DNA of 64,000 nucleotides, taken from assembly GCA_965372715.1 (NCBI GenBank), contig CBDVDH010000005.1:1-64000 (forward strand). The letters are read 5' to 3'. Below, piece by piece: positions 1 through 11,300 of this stretch. The position numbers and the translations under genes are program-made. The notes below the pieces were generated by a model that saw only the letters and a program-made list of their open reading frames with translations, searched no databases and was not told the DNA's origin. This DNA comes from an uncultured bacterium (GTDB lineage Bacteria; B130-G9). Each line of letters begins with the position of its first letter. Positions within the stretch are counted from its first letter, which is position 1.

Positions 1-63
1 CCGAATGAATTCGGGTGTTAATATAATGAGAGCCATTCATATCACCGCGTTGAAATGTGGTGA
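1..63. repeat. Partial copy (window edge) of four-hairpin intergenic repeat family
   Basis: CCGAATGAATTCGGGTG-TTAATATAATGAGAGCCAT...CACCGCGTTGAAATGTGGTG matches 37901-37966, 42398-42461 and (reverse) 52213-52279. Confidence 0.8.
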
Positions 64-119
64 TTCAGAGAAACATACGCCCCAGAATATGCGTGAGTCA
101 ACGGCGGGGCAGGACCGGG

Positions 120-3100
120 CTATTCTCGTGGCTCGACGCGCCAGGTGGCCTGCGCAAGATCGCTTAGGGCGCAGCCGAAATCACTGGGGCCGAAGATGCC
201 GGCATAGGCCGTGTAATCGCCGGTCGGGGCCGAATGGGGCACTTCTGTTGTGAGGAGCGGATAGTCGGTAACCTCGAAGCCAGCTGGGAACTCGATGTCG
301 AGGCCAGTCAGCGAAAGCCCCCAATCAGGGAAATACATCAGTTCGCCCGTTGGGAAGAGGATTGCCGCTCCAAACGTTGCGGCGAAATCCACTGAGGCAT
401 TGTTGGTCAGGTTGAGCGTCAGGTTCAGGACTTCGGGCGGCGAAATCACGTCGGCATTGACGGCAAGCGAGAGCGCGAAGTCGCCGACGGTTGGCCCTTC
501 AGCGAGGTCGGTCTCGGGATACACGGCGGCGCCGCCTCTGGTATCAACGAAGCGGAAGCGATACTGGACGCTCCCCGCAGGCACGGTCGTCTCGACCGAA
601 TAAGTCCCATTGGCGGCCGTCCCCGATTTCAGCGTGAGCTCAGCCGGGACAATATCGCTCGCGGCATGCAAAATGACCCGCGCGATGCCGGGCTCGTGGC
701 CGTCCTCGTCGAAGTAATGCACCGAGAACGTGAACGTATCGCTCGCCGTGCCGCACTGAGGCCAAAACGCCGCGTCGGTCAGCGAGGGCGTCTGATTAGA
801 TACGTCAACGAACGGCCCCCTGAAGCTGCCAGTCTCAGGACACCTGACCTCTGTGCCCTGGCTGTCCGTGAAGACGAAATAGTATGCGTACGCGTTCGCG
901 CCGAGCGTAATGTCCAGTGTGTATTCGCCGTTCGAGGGGGATTCGCCCGTTACGGGCTCCATCGCCTCGGAGCCCGACCAGCCTGACGCCTCGAGATGAA
1001 CCTCAGCGCCCAACGGCGCGCCCCCGGCAACGTCGTAGTAGTGAGCCGAGAACGTGTACGTGTCGTCCACGCCTCCAATGACTGGATCGACGCCGCCGTT
1101 ATCGAGTAGTGACGTGTTCTCGAATCCGGCCAGATTCGGCCCGTAGAAATACCCCTCCTGGGGGAGGCGCAGGACATCTCCGGCCATAGTCACGAAGTAG
1201 AAATAATACCACTGCATCTGCGCCGTGAGCTTGGTGCTATGGGTGTAATCGCCATCGTAAAGCATCCCGTTGCCGAGCGTCATCTCCGCCGAATGCGTCA
1301 TCTCGGTTTTGTAGTAGAGCGTGGAGACTGAAGGCTGGTTCCAGTCCGCATCGTAGAAGTGCGCACGAAACTCGAAATTCGTGCTCGTCGAGCCAAGCGA
1401 CGGCGAAACACTGCCGTAGGACAGGATGCTGGGCGAGCTCTCGCCAGTTACGACAGGGCCAGTATAGTATCCGGCCGAGGGCAACTTGACGCTTGCGCCT
1501 CGTTCATCGACAAAGTCGAAGTAATGGCTGTATGTGCCCGCCGGCAGGGCGCCGCAGTAAGAGAAAGTCCCGTCATCCCCGCTGCCGTCTTGCAGCACCA
1601 TGTCCCACGAGTATTCCTTTGACGTGCTTTTGACGACGATCTTGGCCGTTGACGCCGCATCCTTATCGACGTCCCAAAAATAGACTGAGAACCAGAAAGT
1701 CGTGTCAGAATCCCCAGTCGGCGGCGCAAGCATCGGCGAGGCCAGCATTGGCGTTGTATTGTGTCGATCGACCTCAGGACCCGAGTAGTAGCCCGTTTCG
1801 GGTAGCCTGGACGAGGCGCCGAACGTGTCCTCGAACTCGAAGTAGTAATAGTAGTGGCCCTGCTCGAGGCCGGTCAGCGCCTGATACGTGCCATTGTATG
1901 AATATGCGGAGACCGTCTCCATCGTAAGCTCAGCGACCTTTGTCTCATCCTGGGCCAACACGACGGTTACGGCCCTGGCCGGTGGATCGTAATCCGCGTC
2001 TATGTATTCCACCGAGAAGATGAATACGTCCTGGTCATCGCCGGAGGGCGGGTCAACGCCGCCGCTTTCGAGTGTTGGCGCCGTGTTCTCGGCAGTCGTG
2101 AATGAGAACTCGTAGTCGGGCATCTGGCTGCCTTCGAGGTCAGCGGCTCGGACAATCACCTGAACCTGCGAGCTCGGCGGATAGCCTTCCTGCGGCGCAT
2201 ACTGAATGGTCGAGCCCTGGCTCGAGGTTGTGACGCTGAAGCTCACGGTGTCCCCGTTGACGAGCAGATCGACCGCCTCGACGCTGATGTCATCGTCGTA
2301 GTCGAAGAGCAAGATCGTTATCTGCGCGATCCGAGAGACGTCCGTGTCGCCATCCGCGGGCGTTGTCTCACGCACGAACGGCGCGGAATGCAGAAGGGAT
2401 AGATACACGATCACGTAACCGTCCTGGTTGGCGACGATCATGTCGGCAGAGCCATTGCCGTCCAGGTCGGCGCAGAGCATCGAGGTCGTGTCGGCCCCGT
2501 CGTCCGAAAGCCACGAAGGAGTAGTCTCAATGACGCCGCTTGAATTGTAATAGACGGCATTGACCTGCGACCTGAACGTCGCGACCGCGATGTCCGGATA
2601 CCCGTCCTCGCTGAAATCGCACCACTTGATCGAGCGGGTCGCGCCCGCTTCATTCGAGGTCCAAATGGCCGCCTCGCCAAACGCGCCGTCGTTGTTGGCG
2701 AAAATCTGATCGTATCCGTCGAGATTGCCCACCACAAGGTCCAGGTCGCCGTCAGCATCGTAATCACCGAAATCGAGCGAGTAGGTCGATTGCCAATCGG
2801 GGGACGTCCAGACCGGCTCGTCCTCGGGAAGGCCCGCCGTTATGCGATATACTCGATTTGCGCCGATGTTGCCGACCGCGAGGTAGAACTCGCCATCCCC
2901 ATTGATCTCTGCAATAACAGCCGTTCGCGTCTCGATGCGCCTCGGCGAGAACCAGAACGGCTCGGCGTTAAGGCTTCCGCCCTCATTACGATAGATGACG
3001 TTCTCGCCTGTGCCGCCGCAGAAGATGTCTATGTAACCATCGCCGTCGAAATCGTAAGGCAGGGCAACGTTGGTCCAACGAGCGTCAGCCGAGCTCCAGT

Positions 3101-3509
3101 CGGCGACCTGTGAAAGACCCGCTGCCGAGTTGAAGTAGAGCCTGTTGTTCTGGCCAATGGAGTTGCCCGCGAAGACGTCCGGCTGGCCCGAACCCGAGAC
3201 GTCAGCCAGGGCAAGCGACAGCGTGTAATCGGCCTCCGCCGATTCCCATTTGGCGTAGCCCGCGAAGTCGCCAAAAGTGTTGAGATACACCACGTTAGGC
3301 GCGTCGTAGCAGCCAATGGCAATGTCCTGGAAACCGTCCCCGTCGAGGTCGGCGATCTCAAAGTCCTGCGCCGCCAGTGCGTCGGGCGTAAGAACCAACG
3401 GCTCTGTAGAGAGCGGCGTCATGGCCACCTGCGCGGACGAGGCGCAGAGACAGAGCAACGATAATGCCACAATTAGCGCCAAGATTGGCAATTCCCATCT
3501 GAAGTTCAT
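120..3509 (-). CDS. Secreted FG-GAP/VCBS-like repeat protein with Ig-like domain, five ~110-aa tandem repeats and a C-terminal lineage-specific domain
   Basis: Signal peptide; repeated D-x-D-G-D-G-x-x-D motifs; repeats of the P-x-L...V-x-P-x-x-G...F-x-F-S-V-x-Y-x-D type. Confidence 0.85.
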   Translation of the reverse strand: MNFRWELPILALIVALSLLCLCASSAQVAMTPLSTEPLVLTPDALAAQDFEIADLDGDGFQDIAIGCYDAPNVVYLNTFGDFAGYAKWESAEADYTLSLALADVSGSGQPDVFAGNSIGQNNRLYFNSAAGLSQVADWSSADARWTNVALPYDFDGDGYIDIFCGGTGENVIYRNEGGSLNAEPFWFSPRRIETRTAVIAEINGDGEFYLAVGNIGANRVYRITAGLPEDEPVWTSPDWQSTYSLDFGDYDADGDLDLVVGNLDGYDQIFANNDGAFGEAAIWTSNEAGATRSIKWCDFSEDGYPDIAVATFRSQVNAVYYNSSGVIETTPSWLSDDGADTTSMLCADLDGNGSADMIVANQDGYVIVYLSLLHSAPFVRETTPADGDTDVSRIAQITILLFDYDDDISVEAVDLLVNGDTVSFSVTTSSQGSTIQYAPQEGYPPSSQVQVIVRAADLEGSQMPDYEFSFTTAENTAPTLESGGVDPPSGDDQDVFIFSVEYIDADYDPPARAVTVVLAQDETKVAELTMETVSAYSYNGTYQALTGLEQGHYYYYFEFEDTFGASSRLPETGYYSGPEVDRHNTTPMLASPMLAPPTGDSDTTFWFSVYFWDVDKDAASTAKIVVKSTSKEYSWDMVLQDGSGDDGTFSYCGALPAGTYSHYFDFVDERGASVKLPSAGYYTGPVVTGESSPSILSYGSVSPSLGSTSTNFEFRAHFYDADWNQPSVSTLYYKTEMTHSAEMTLGNGMLYDGDYTHSTKLTAQMQWYYFYFVTMAGDVLRLPQEGYFYGPNLAGFENTSLLDNGGVDPVIGGVDDTYTFSAHYYDVAGGAPLGAEVHLEASGWSGSEAMEPVTGESPSNGEYTLDITLGANAYAYYFVFTDSQGTEVRCPETGSFRGPFVDVSNQTPSLTDAAFWPQCGTASDTFTFSVHYFDEDGHEPGIARVILHAASDIVPAELTLKSGTAANGTYSVETTVPAGSVQYRFRFVDTRGGAAVYPETDLAEGPTVGDFALSLAVNADVISPPEVLNLTLNLTNNASVDFAATFGAAILFPTGELMYFPDWGLSLTGLDIEFPAGFEVTDYPLLTTEVPHSAPTGDYTAYAGIFGPSDFGCALSDLAQATWRVEPRE

Positions 3510-3565
3510 AAGTATAACACTCCGAGTTGCTTATAGATTAGAGAAGGCTGAATGTCGAATTATCG

Positions 3566-4438
3566 TCATATCATGCCATATTCTTTGATGGTCGAAAGCA
3601 GCCGTTCTTTATTCTCGGGCAGCATCTCAACCAGCGGCAATCGCAGCTCGCCTGAGCACCGACCAATCGCCTCTAAAGCGGCCTTCACAGGGCCTGGATT
3701 CGTCTCGATGAAGCAGGCGTTGACCACGTCCGCGATCTCCGTCTGTATCCGCGCCGCCTCTGCCACATTGCCCTCGAAGAAGAGCCGGCAGATGTCCGCC
3801 ATCTCCTTCGCCAGGATGTTCGCCGTCGCGGAGATGACGCCGCTGCCGCCGATGGAGAGTATCGGAACCACCATCAGGTCCTCGCCAGAGAGAACCGTCA
3901 GTCGGTCGCCGCAGAGCCGCCGTATCTGGAGCACCTGCTTCATGTCGCCGCTCGATTCCTTGACGCCGACGATGTTCGGCACGTCGCAGAGCCTTAGAAA
4001 CGTCGAGGGGAGCAGGTTCACGGACGTTCTGCCGGGGATATTGTAGATGATTATCGGGAGGCGCGTGCTGGTCGCTATCTTCGTGAAATGCGCGATGTGG
4101 CCCGCCTGCGTCGGCTTGTTGTAGTAGCAGGAGATCGCAAGCAGGCCGTCGATGCCGATCTCCTCACAGATGCGGGCGTTCTCGATGGCGACGCGGGTGT
4201 CATTTGAGCCAATGCCGGCGATAATCGGGAGTTTGCCGTCGAGCTTGCCCTTCACGAACGAGAGTATCTCGCGGTATTCGTCCCGCGTGAGCGTTGCGCC
4301 CTCGCCAGTCGTCCCGCAGAGAAGTATCCCGCAGGTCCCCGACGCCAGATGATACTCCAGCAGCTTATCGTAGTCCTCGAACGCGACGTCGCCGTTCCTG
4401 AAAGGCGTTACCAGCGCAACGAACGAACCCTTGAACAT
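3566..4438 (-). CDS. dapA: 4-hydroxy-tetrahydrodipicolinate synthase
   Basis: ALVTPF, GTTGE, YYNKP, YNIPGRT, GVKES motifs. Confidence 0.95.
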   Translation of the reverse strand: MFKGSFVALVTPFRNGDVAFEDYDKLLEYHLASGTCGILLCGTTGEGATLTRDEYREILSFVKGKLDGKLPIIAGIGSNDTRVAIENARICEEIGIDGLLAISCYYNKPTQAGHIAHFTKIATSTRLPIIIYNIPGRTSVNLLPSTFLRLCDVPNIVGVKESSGDMKQVLQIRRLCGDRLTVLSGEDLMVVPILSIGGSGVISATANILAKEMADICRLFFEGNVAEAARIQTEIADVVNACFIETNPGPVKAALEAIGRCSGELRLPLVEMLPENKERLLSTIKEYGMI

Positions 4439-4600
4439 CTCTTCTACCCTCTCAATTTGCGTATCGCGGAAACATACAGCCCCGGCATTCTACTGTACAA
4501 CATCGATCTAGACCGCCTCGTTTCGATTATGTTACGAGCCGCGAAACGGATTGGCAATAGGTGCGATGGCTGGCTCAAATCCCCATAAGACAGCGCTTCC

Positions 4601-5413
4601 TCATCCAAGGCTAACGCTGGGGAACAGATACGCCAAGATCAGAAGAATGACTATGTAAACCCCGGTGTTCCATGCAGCGTGCTGGAGGATGCACCAGCGC
4701 AGTCGGTGTGTATGGAGCAAGACGAGGCAGTATGCAAGGCCGGCTACCGTGTGGTGTGAAAACATAAGCCAGTTAATGCCATCAAGGCCAATTTGGTGCA
4801 AGCCGGCGAATATAATACTAGTCAAAATGACCGCTGGCCATCTGCCAATCAACCTGAGAAACAGAAGGAGTAGAATACCCCGAAAGATAATCTCCTCGAC
4901 AATCGGAACAAGGACGAATCCCATCGATGCCGCGCCAGATGCGACCAGAGCATTTGTCAACACATTGGTTGCTTTCTCTGGCTGCCAAATCTCCAAGATC
5001 GGTCTGACAAAATTGGTGAGTATGAAATCTGATCCTGGCGCTGCATGCGGTCCCGGTCCAATACCGCATATCATGGCGAAAGCCACGATCACAATCAGGG
5101 CCAAGATCTCAAGTCCGATCATGCCTGCAACGAACATCGTAGATCGACATGCGCCTTTGGACGGACCCAGAAACCTACCGAGAAGGCGAATGTCTCGATG
5201 AAACAGAGCTATGAGGAGAGTCATTCGGGCTACCATTCTGATGATCATCACAACCATGCCAATGGGTCTCAGTCTGCCTTCAGTTGCGACAGGCTCAAAT
5301 ACTTGGAAAATCACAAACGGCACGAACGCGATGCCAAGCCGTACAAGCATCCAGAGCACCCGGCGAGCCCGCGGTCCCATTGATCTCCTCTGCTGGGCGT
5401 TCAACTCATTCAT
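4601..5413 (-). CDS. CPBP (CAAX protease/Abi) family intramembrane glutamic endopeptidase
   Basis: Multiple TM segments; EEIIFRG, FAGLH, HAAWN motifs. Confidence 0.9.
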   Translation of the reverse strand: MNELNAQQRRSMGPRARRVLWMLVRLGIAFVPFVIFQVFEPVATEGRLRPIGMVVMIIRMVARMTLLIALFHRDIRLLGRFLGPSKGACRSTMFVAGMIGLEILALIVIVAFAMICGIGPGPHAAPGSDFILTNFVRPILEIWQPEKATNVLTNALVASGAASMGFVLVPIVEEIIFRGILLLLFLRLIGRWPAVILTSIIFAGLHQIGLDGINWLMFSHHTVAGLAYCLVLLHTHRLRWCILQHAAWNTGVYIVILLILAYLFPSVSLG

Positions 5414-5434
5414 TTGACTGTGTGCCCCGTGAGA

Positions 5435-5737
5435 TTAACCAGCCTGAATATCGTCCCGCAGCGCCTCGAGAATTCCCACGAGCGCATCCCCCGCCTCCAT
5501 GCTGCCTAAGCCATGTTCCTCAAGTGCGGCTTGAGCCTCGTCCAAATAGCGGCCACCGTCAGGGCAGATAGCCTCGACAGCCTCCAAGAGGTGCGACACG
5601 AGCTCGATGCGCAGCGACATGAATGGGTCCACGCCGAGCGCCTGAAGCGTGCGATACTGCCAGTGCGACCTGAACTCCCGCCAGCGCTTGATTGCTGCGT
5701 CGATTCTCTCAACTGCATTCTCTTGGTGAACGGTCAC
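5435..5737 (-). pseudogene. Hypothetical protein, probably a 3'-truncated remnant
   Basis: RBS (AAGGAG) and coding-like sequence; ends ...GILEALRDDIQAG-stop at GGT TAA TCT, one base away from GGT TAT CTC (GYL). Confidence 0.45.
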
Positions 5738-5938
5738 AGACCAGTCTCCTTAATCGTTCAAAGCGCAGGGCGAATGAGCATCAATCAGGTTACTTAGCCC
5801 TGCGGCAGAATCATACGATTTCTTCGCCATGTTATCAGGAGCCCTGTGCCAAGTCTCAGATTCTTAGGGGCGCAGCTGGCGCCTCAGGCTTCTGTCCTTT
5901 GATTCGCCGTTCGGCGTGCTGCACCCCTCTGCCTTTCG

Positions 5939-5961
5939 GGCGGGGCAAGTACCGCCCCTAC
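5939..5961. repeat. GTAG-type REP-like hairpin
   Basis: GGGCGGGGCAAGTACCGCCCCTAC; relatives at 6748-6821, 11948-12021, 14439-14514, 18254-18278, 22783-22808, 45591-45612, 55556-55579. Confidence 0.75.
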
Positions 5962-6052
5962 GCACCTTTCCTTTTCTCCCGTTTCTCCTGCGGGGAAACT
6001 CCTCCCCCGAAACCTATTGACCGCAATGACGGCTGGGTTTAATTTAGCCTGT

Positions 6053-6751
6053 ATGAGAGCCGTGATACTCCAGCCGGGATACCTGCCGTGGATAGGCTTT
6101 TTCGACCTTGCGGCGAAGTCCGACGTCTTTGTGATACTCGACTGCGTGCAGTTCGACAAGCGCTCGTGGCGAAACAGGAATCGGATACGGACGGCCGCGG
6201 GCTGGCAGTGGTTGACGGTTCCGGTCATCACGAAGGGACGGTTCACGCAGCGCATCGACGAGACCAGAATAGACAATACTCGCAACTGGGCGCACAAGCA
6301 CCTGGTCGCGATCAGAACGCACTACGCGAGGGCGCCGCATTTCAAGGAATTCTTGCCGCTGTTTGAGGAGGCGCTGGGAAGGGATTGGGAGAGCCTTCTT
6401 GCGCTCGACATGCACTTCATCAGGATGCTCGACGACATCTTCGAGCTCGGAACCAACTACGTCATGGCGTCAACCCTTGAACCTAAGGCCAAGAAGGCTG
6501 ACTTGATACTCGAGATATGCAAGATAGTCGGCGCCGATCACTACCTCAACGGCGATATGGGGCGCTCATACCTGAGTCCGGAGCCGTTCGAGGCGAATGG
6601 CGTTAAGCTCGAGTTTCACAATTACACGCATCCGATCTACCAACAATGTTATGATGGTTTCGAATCGCATTTGTCGGCAATAGACCTGCTGTTCAATTGC
6701 GGCAAGGATGGCAGGAAGCACATTGTTAGAGGCGTGGATGCTGTTGTGTAG
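6053..6751 (+). CDS. WbqC family protein
   Basis: ILQPGYLPWIGFF, D-x-VQF, RNRNRI, LSAIDLLFN motifs. Confidence 0.9.
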   Translation: MRAVILQPGYLPWIGFFDLAAKSDVFVILDCVQFDKRSWRNRNRIRTAAGWQWLTVPVITKGRFTQRIDETRIDNTRNWAHKHLVAIRTHYARAPHFKEFLPLFEEALGRDWESLLALDMHFIRMLDDIFELGTNYVMASTLEPKAKKADLILEICKIVGADHYLNGDMGRSYLSPEPFEANGVKLEFHNYTHPIYQQCYDGFESHLSAIDLLFNCGKDGRKHIVRGVDAVV

Positions 6752-6821
6752 GGGCGGTGCTTGCCCCGCCCTTCATACGTTCCGTCATATCAGAGAAGGG
6801 CGGGGCAAGCCCCGCCCCTAC
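6748..6821. repeat. Inverted REP doublet
   Basis: GTAGGGGCGGTGCTTGCCCCGCCC ... GGGCGGGGCAAGCCCCGCCCCTAC. Confidence 0.85.
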
Positions 6822-6857
6822 AGATCGTCGTATTCCCTCAGTATGAGGTCGTAACAG

Positions 6858-8390
6858 ATGACGAAGTTCAAGGTCTGCCTGGTGGCGCTTTACAACACCG
6901 AGCTATCGGGCGTGCGAAACATCCATTCTCTTCTGAAGTCAAAAGGCTTCGACGCCTCGATCATCTTCTTCAAGCGTCTGAACATAAATGACGGCAGACC
7001 CGCAACGCAGAAAGAGCTCGACCTGTTTGCTGACCTCGTGAGGCGTATCGACCCAGACCTTCTTGGGATCAGCATCGGTTGCTCGACGTTTCGGAACACG
7101 GCCGTAGAGCTCACGCAAAAGGCCAAAGCCGCTGTTGACTGCCCCGTCGTCTGGGGAGGCGTGCACGTAACGGTGACGGCGGATCGGACCCTGTCAGAGC
7201 ACGACCTTCTCGTTGTGGGCGAGGGCGAGGGCACGATGCTTCAGCTCTGCGAGCAGCTGGCGGAAGGTCGAGGCATCGACGAAGTCAAGAACCTCTGGCT
7301 CCGAAAGAACGGACACGAGATCAAGAACCCCGTCAGGCCGCCGATCGCGGACCTCGACTCGCTTCCCTTCCACGACTTTGAAAACGACGGCAAGTTCTTC
7401 ATAAACAACGACGAGCTGCACGAGTTTGACCCGCTTGTGAAGGAACACGACCTCTACCAGATAATGACGACGCGGGGCTGTCCGTTCTCGTGCACCTACT
7501 GCGCAAACAGCGTCTATCACCGCATTTACAGGGGCGTGGGTAAGATCGTGCGCACGCGCTCAGTCGAGAACGTCATCGACGAGCTTGTCTATGCCAGAGA
7601 GAAGCTGCCCGACATCAAGCAGGTCGCCTTCTACGACGACGTGTTCGGGCTGGACCTCGAGTGGACGCGGAGCTTCTGCGAGCAATACAAGGACAGAATT
7701 CGCATCCCATATTGGGTCTATATTCATCCCAAAACCGTGACGGAGGAGCTCGTGCAAATGCTCAGGGACAGCGGCCTGTTCTACGCCGACATGGGCATCC
7801 AGAGCGGCTCGCAGCGAGTCCGCAACGAGTACTTCAAGCGGATGGACAAGACCGAGGACATAAAGAGGGCGATGTCCATTCTGAACAGGCTGAAGGTCAA
7901 GCCCAGGCTCGATTTCATAATGGACAACCCGTTCGAGAACTCGCAGGACAAGCAAGAGATGCTCGACCTGCTTCTGAGCTTCAAGCGCCCGTTTGAGTTC
8001 AGGCTCTACTCGCTCGCTTATTTCCCCGGCGTCGAGCTGACGCAGATGGCGCTCGATCGCGGCTTCATAACCGAAAACGACGTTGAGGACGTGGCCTGCA
8101 AGACGATGACGCAGTGGTTCGTCTCATCGGACTTCGAGCGCTCAAAGGAGGACGTGTTCTTTAATAGCCTCGTCTCGCTAACAGGCAAGTCGTTCGTGCC
8201 GAGGTTCGCGATCAGGGGCCTCTCGAAGATCGGCTTCCTGCGCCGGTTCCCGACTCCGCTCGTCATTCTATCTACGCTCGCGAACGTCATCCGCTTCTCC
8301 TGGACGGGCCTGAAGCTTGCCCTAAAGGGCGAAGTCTCGTTCGCGATGGTCAAGAAACATCTCAAATTCGTCTTCACAGTTAATAGGTAA
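6858..8390 (+). CDS. B12-binding domain radical SAM protein
   Basis: VWGGVH, GEGE, TRGCPFSCTYC (CxxxCxxC), GIQSGS motifs. Confidence 0.92.
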   Translation: MTKFKVCLVALYNTELSGVRNIHSLLKSKGFDASIIFFKRLNINDGRPATQKELDLFADLVRRIDPDLLGISIGCSTFRNTAVELTQKAKAAVDCPVVWGGVHVTVTADRTLSEHDLLVVGEGEGTMLQLCEQLAEGRGIDEVKNLWLRKNGHEIKNPVRPPIADLDSLPFHDFENDGKFFINNDELHEFDPLVKEHDLYQIMTTRGCPFSCTYCANSVYHRIYRGVGKIVRTRSVENVIDELVYAREKLPDIKQVAFYDDVFGLDLEWTRSFCEQYKDRIRIPYWVYIHPKTVTEELVQMLRDSGLFYADMGIQSGSQRVRNEYFKRMDKTEDIKRAMSILNRLKVKPRLDFIMDNPFENSQDKQEMLDLLLSFKRPFEFRLYSLAYFPGVELTQMALDRGFITENDVEDVACKTMTQWFVSSDFERSKEDVFFNSLVSLTGKSFVPRFAIRGLSKIGFLRRFPTPLVILSTLANVIRFSWTGLKLALKGEVSFAMVKKHLKFVFTVNR

Positions 8391-8395
8391 CAACA

Positions 8396-11300
8396 GTGAA
8401 ACCATTCGTTCACCTTCACGTTCACACGGACTACAGCGTCCTGGACGGCATGTGCGCCATCGACAAGCTCGTGGCAAAAGCCCTGAAATGGAACATGCCC
8501 GCCATCGCAATAACCGACCACGGGAACTTGTTCGGCGCAATTGAGTTCTATCAGGCCTGCACGGCCGCTGGCATCAAGCCCGTAATCGGCTGCGAGGTCT
8601 ATGTGGCGCCTCGGACGATGTCCGACCGCGACGCTAATGCGGACAGTCAGACCAGGACCTCGCATCTCGTCCTATTGGCGAAGAACTTCGAGGGTTATCT
8701 CAACCTCGCCAAGCTCTCATCTGAGGCGTATATCAACGGCTTTTTCTACAAACCACGGGTCGATAGAGAGCTTCTGCGGCGGCATTCGTCCGGCCTGGTT
8801 GGCCTGTCGGCCTGCATGAAGGGCGAGATAGCTCAATGCCTGAGGCGTGGCGAGCATCAGAAGGCCAGGGCGGCGGCGGAGTTCTATCGAGACCTCTTCG
8901 GCCCGGGCGCCTTCTTCATCGAGATAATGAAGAACTGTCCTTCGCAACGTGAGCTTGTAGAACCGCTGGTTGCGCTCGCGGAAGAGATGAACGTCCCGCT
9001 CGTCGCGACCAACGACTGCCATTACGTTGAGAAGAGCGATGCCAAGGCGCACGACGCATTGCTTGCGCTTCAGCAGAAGACAAAGGTCGAGGACGATAAT
9101 CGGCTCAAGTTCCCAACGGACGATTTCTACTTCAAGTCGCCTGAGACGATGTTCACGGAGTTTTCTGAGGCGCCCGAGGCGCTCGAGAACACGATTAGGA
9201 TCGCCGAAATGTGCGACGACAACGTCCTGGAGCCGTCTTTGGGCGCGTATCTCACGCCGGAGTTTGAGGTTCCGGACGGCTACGATCTTGACAGCTATCT
9301 CGTTCGCCTCGTGCGTGACGGCCTCGACGAGAAGCTCGACATACTCAAGAAGGGTGTGAGCGCGGTAGAGTTCGAGCCGCTTAGCAAGGAGTATCGCCAT
9401 CGGCTTGATCTGGAGCTCGGCGTCATCCGCGAGACAAAATTCGCGGGGTATTTTCTCATCGTCTGGGACTTCATCCGCTTCGCGCGAGAACACGGCATCC
9501 CAGTTGGCCCAGGGCGCGGCTCCGCAGTTGGCAGCCTCGTCTGCTACTGTCTCGGCATAACAGACATGGACCCGATCAAGTATGGCCTTCTGTTCGAGCG
9601 GTTCTTGAACCCGGAGAGAATCGGTATGCCGGACATCGACATTGACTTGTGTCAGGAGCGGCGCGAGGAGGTCTTTTCCTACCTTAGGAGCAAATACGGC
9701 GAGCAGAATGTGGCTCAGATCATCGTGTTCCACAAGTTCAAGACCGATTCGGTCATTCTGGATATGGCGCGTGTGCTCTCCATCCCCGCCCATAAGGCGG
9801 CTCTGGTCAAGTCGCTGATTCCCCCAGGGATGAAGCTGGATGACGCCATCAGGAGGGTTCCAGGGCTCGGGGTATCGATGAACGACGACCCACAAGTTGC
9901 CCAGCTGGTGGATATGGGACGCCGGCTGGATGGCCTCACGAGGCACGTTGGCAAGCACGCCTGCGGTGTGGTCATTTCGCCCAAGCCGCTTTCGGAGATC
10001 ATCCCGCTTTATAAGCCTTCTGACAAGGACGAGATAACGACGCAATACCACATGGACTCGATCGGAGAACTCGGCCTCTTGAAAATGGACCTTTTGGGCC
10101 TGAAGACCCTCACGATGGTGGCCAAGTGCGCCGATCTCATCGAACAGAGCCGCGGCGTCAGAGTCGATATCTCCCAGGTTCCGCTGGATGACGACAAAAC
10201 GCTCGCATTGTTCGCCTCGGCCGACACAATGGGCGTGTTCCAGTTCGAGAGCTCCAGCATGAGAGCCCTTCTGAAGCGGATAAGGCCCGACTGCTTCGAG
10301 GACGTCATCGCGTGCAACGCCCTGCACCGCCCGGGGCCGATGAAGTCCGGGATGGTTGACGACTACGCTGAGCGGAAGCACGGACGGCAGAAGATCGACT
10401 ATCTCGGCTTTGACCAGCTCAAGGACGCGCTGTCCGAGACCAAAGGCGTCGTCGTATATCAGGAGCAGGCGATGCTCATCTCGAACATAATCGCCGGCTT
10501 CACGTATGGCCAGGCGGATGTGCTGCGCAGGGCGATGGGCAAGAAGAAGATGAAGGAGATGGAGTCGATGCGCAAAAAGTTCGTCAAGGGAGCTATGCGG
10601 CATGGCACTGACGAAAAGCGCGCCCACAAGCTCTTTGACCTTCTAGCTGGCTTTGCGGAGTATGGCTTTAACAAATCGCACTCGACGGCATACGCCTACC
10701 TCGCATACCAGTGCGCGTATCTCAAGGCGCACTATCTTCCGGAGTTCGTAGCGGCAATTCTGAGCATCAATCGAGCTGATTACGCCTCGCTGAGATCAAA
10801 GCTCGCCGAGTGCCGCGGCCTCGGCATAAGACTGCTCCCGCCGGACATCAATAGCAGTCAGGCAGATTTCTCCGTCGTCGAAGGCTCGATTCTCTTCGGC
10901 CTCTCCGCCATCAAGGGCATAGGCGGCGGCGTCGTGTCAGAGATAGTTGCCGCTCGCAAGGACGGCGAGGCGTTCAAATCAATGGTTGATTTCTGCAAGA
11001 GGGCGCCTCAAGGAATCGCCAAGCGCAATGTGCTGGAAAGGCTGATTCAGGCGGGCGCCTTTGACAGCTTCGGGCCGTCGAGGGCGCAGCACACTGAGAT
11101 GATTGACGACGCGCTGAATCTGACCGCAGCGGCCCACCAGGAACGAGAGAGCGGCCAGCAGCCTCTTTTCGGCGGGATGCAGGCTGGAAGCCAAGACGGC
11201 TCGGAAATCACCACGCCCGACGTGCCGGATTGGGACATTGACGAGCTTCTGAACAAGGAGCGCCACGTCCTGGAGGCCTACCTTTCTGGACACCCCCTTG

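Noticed and set aside
8717-10627. 636-aa antisense ORF within dnaE, and many similar shadow ORFs
   Set aside because: Mirror of a GC-rich coding strand; no recognisable motifs.
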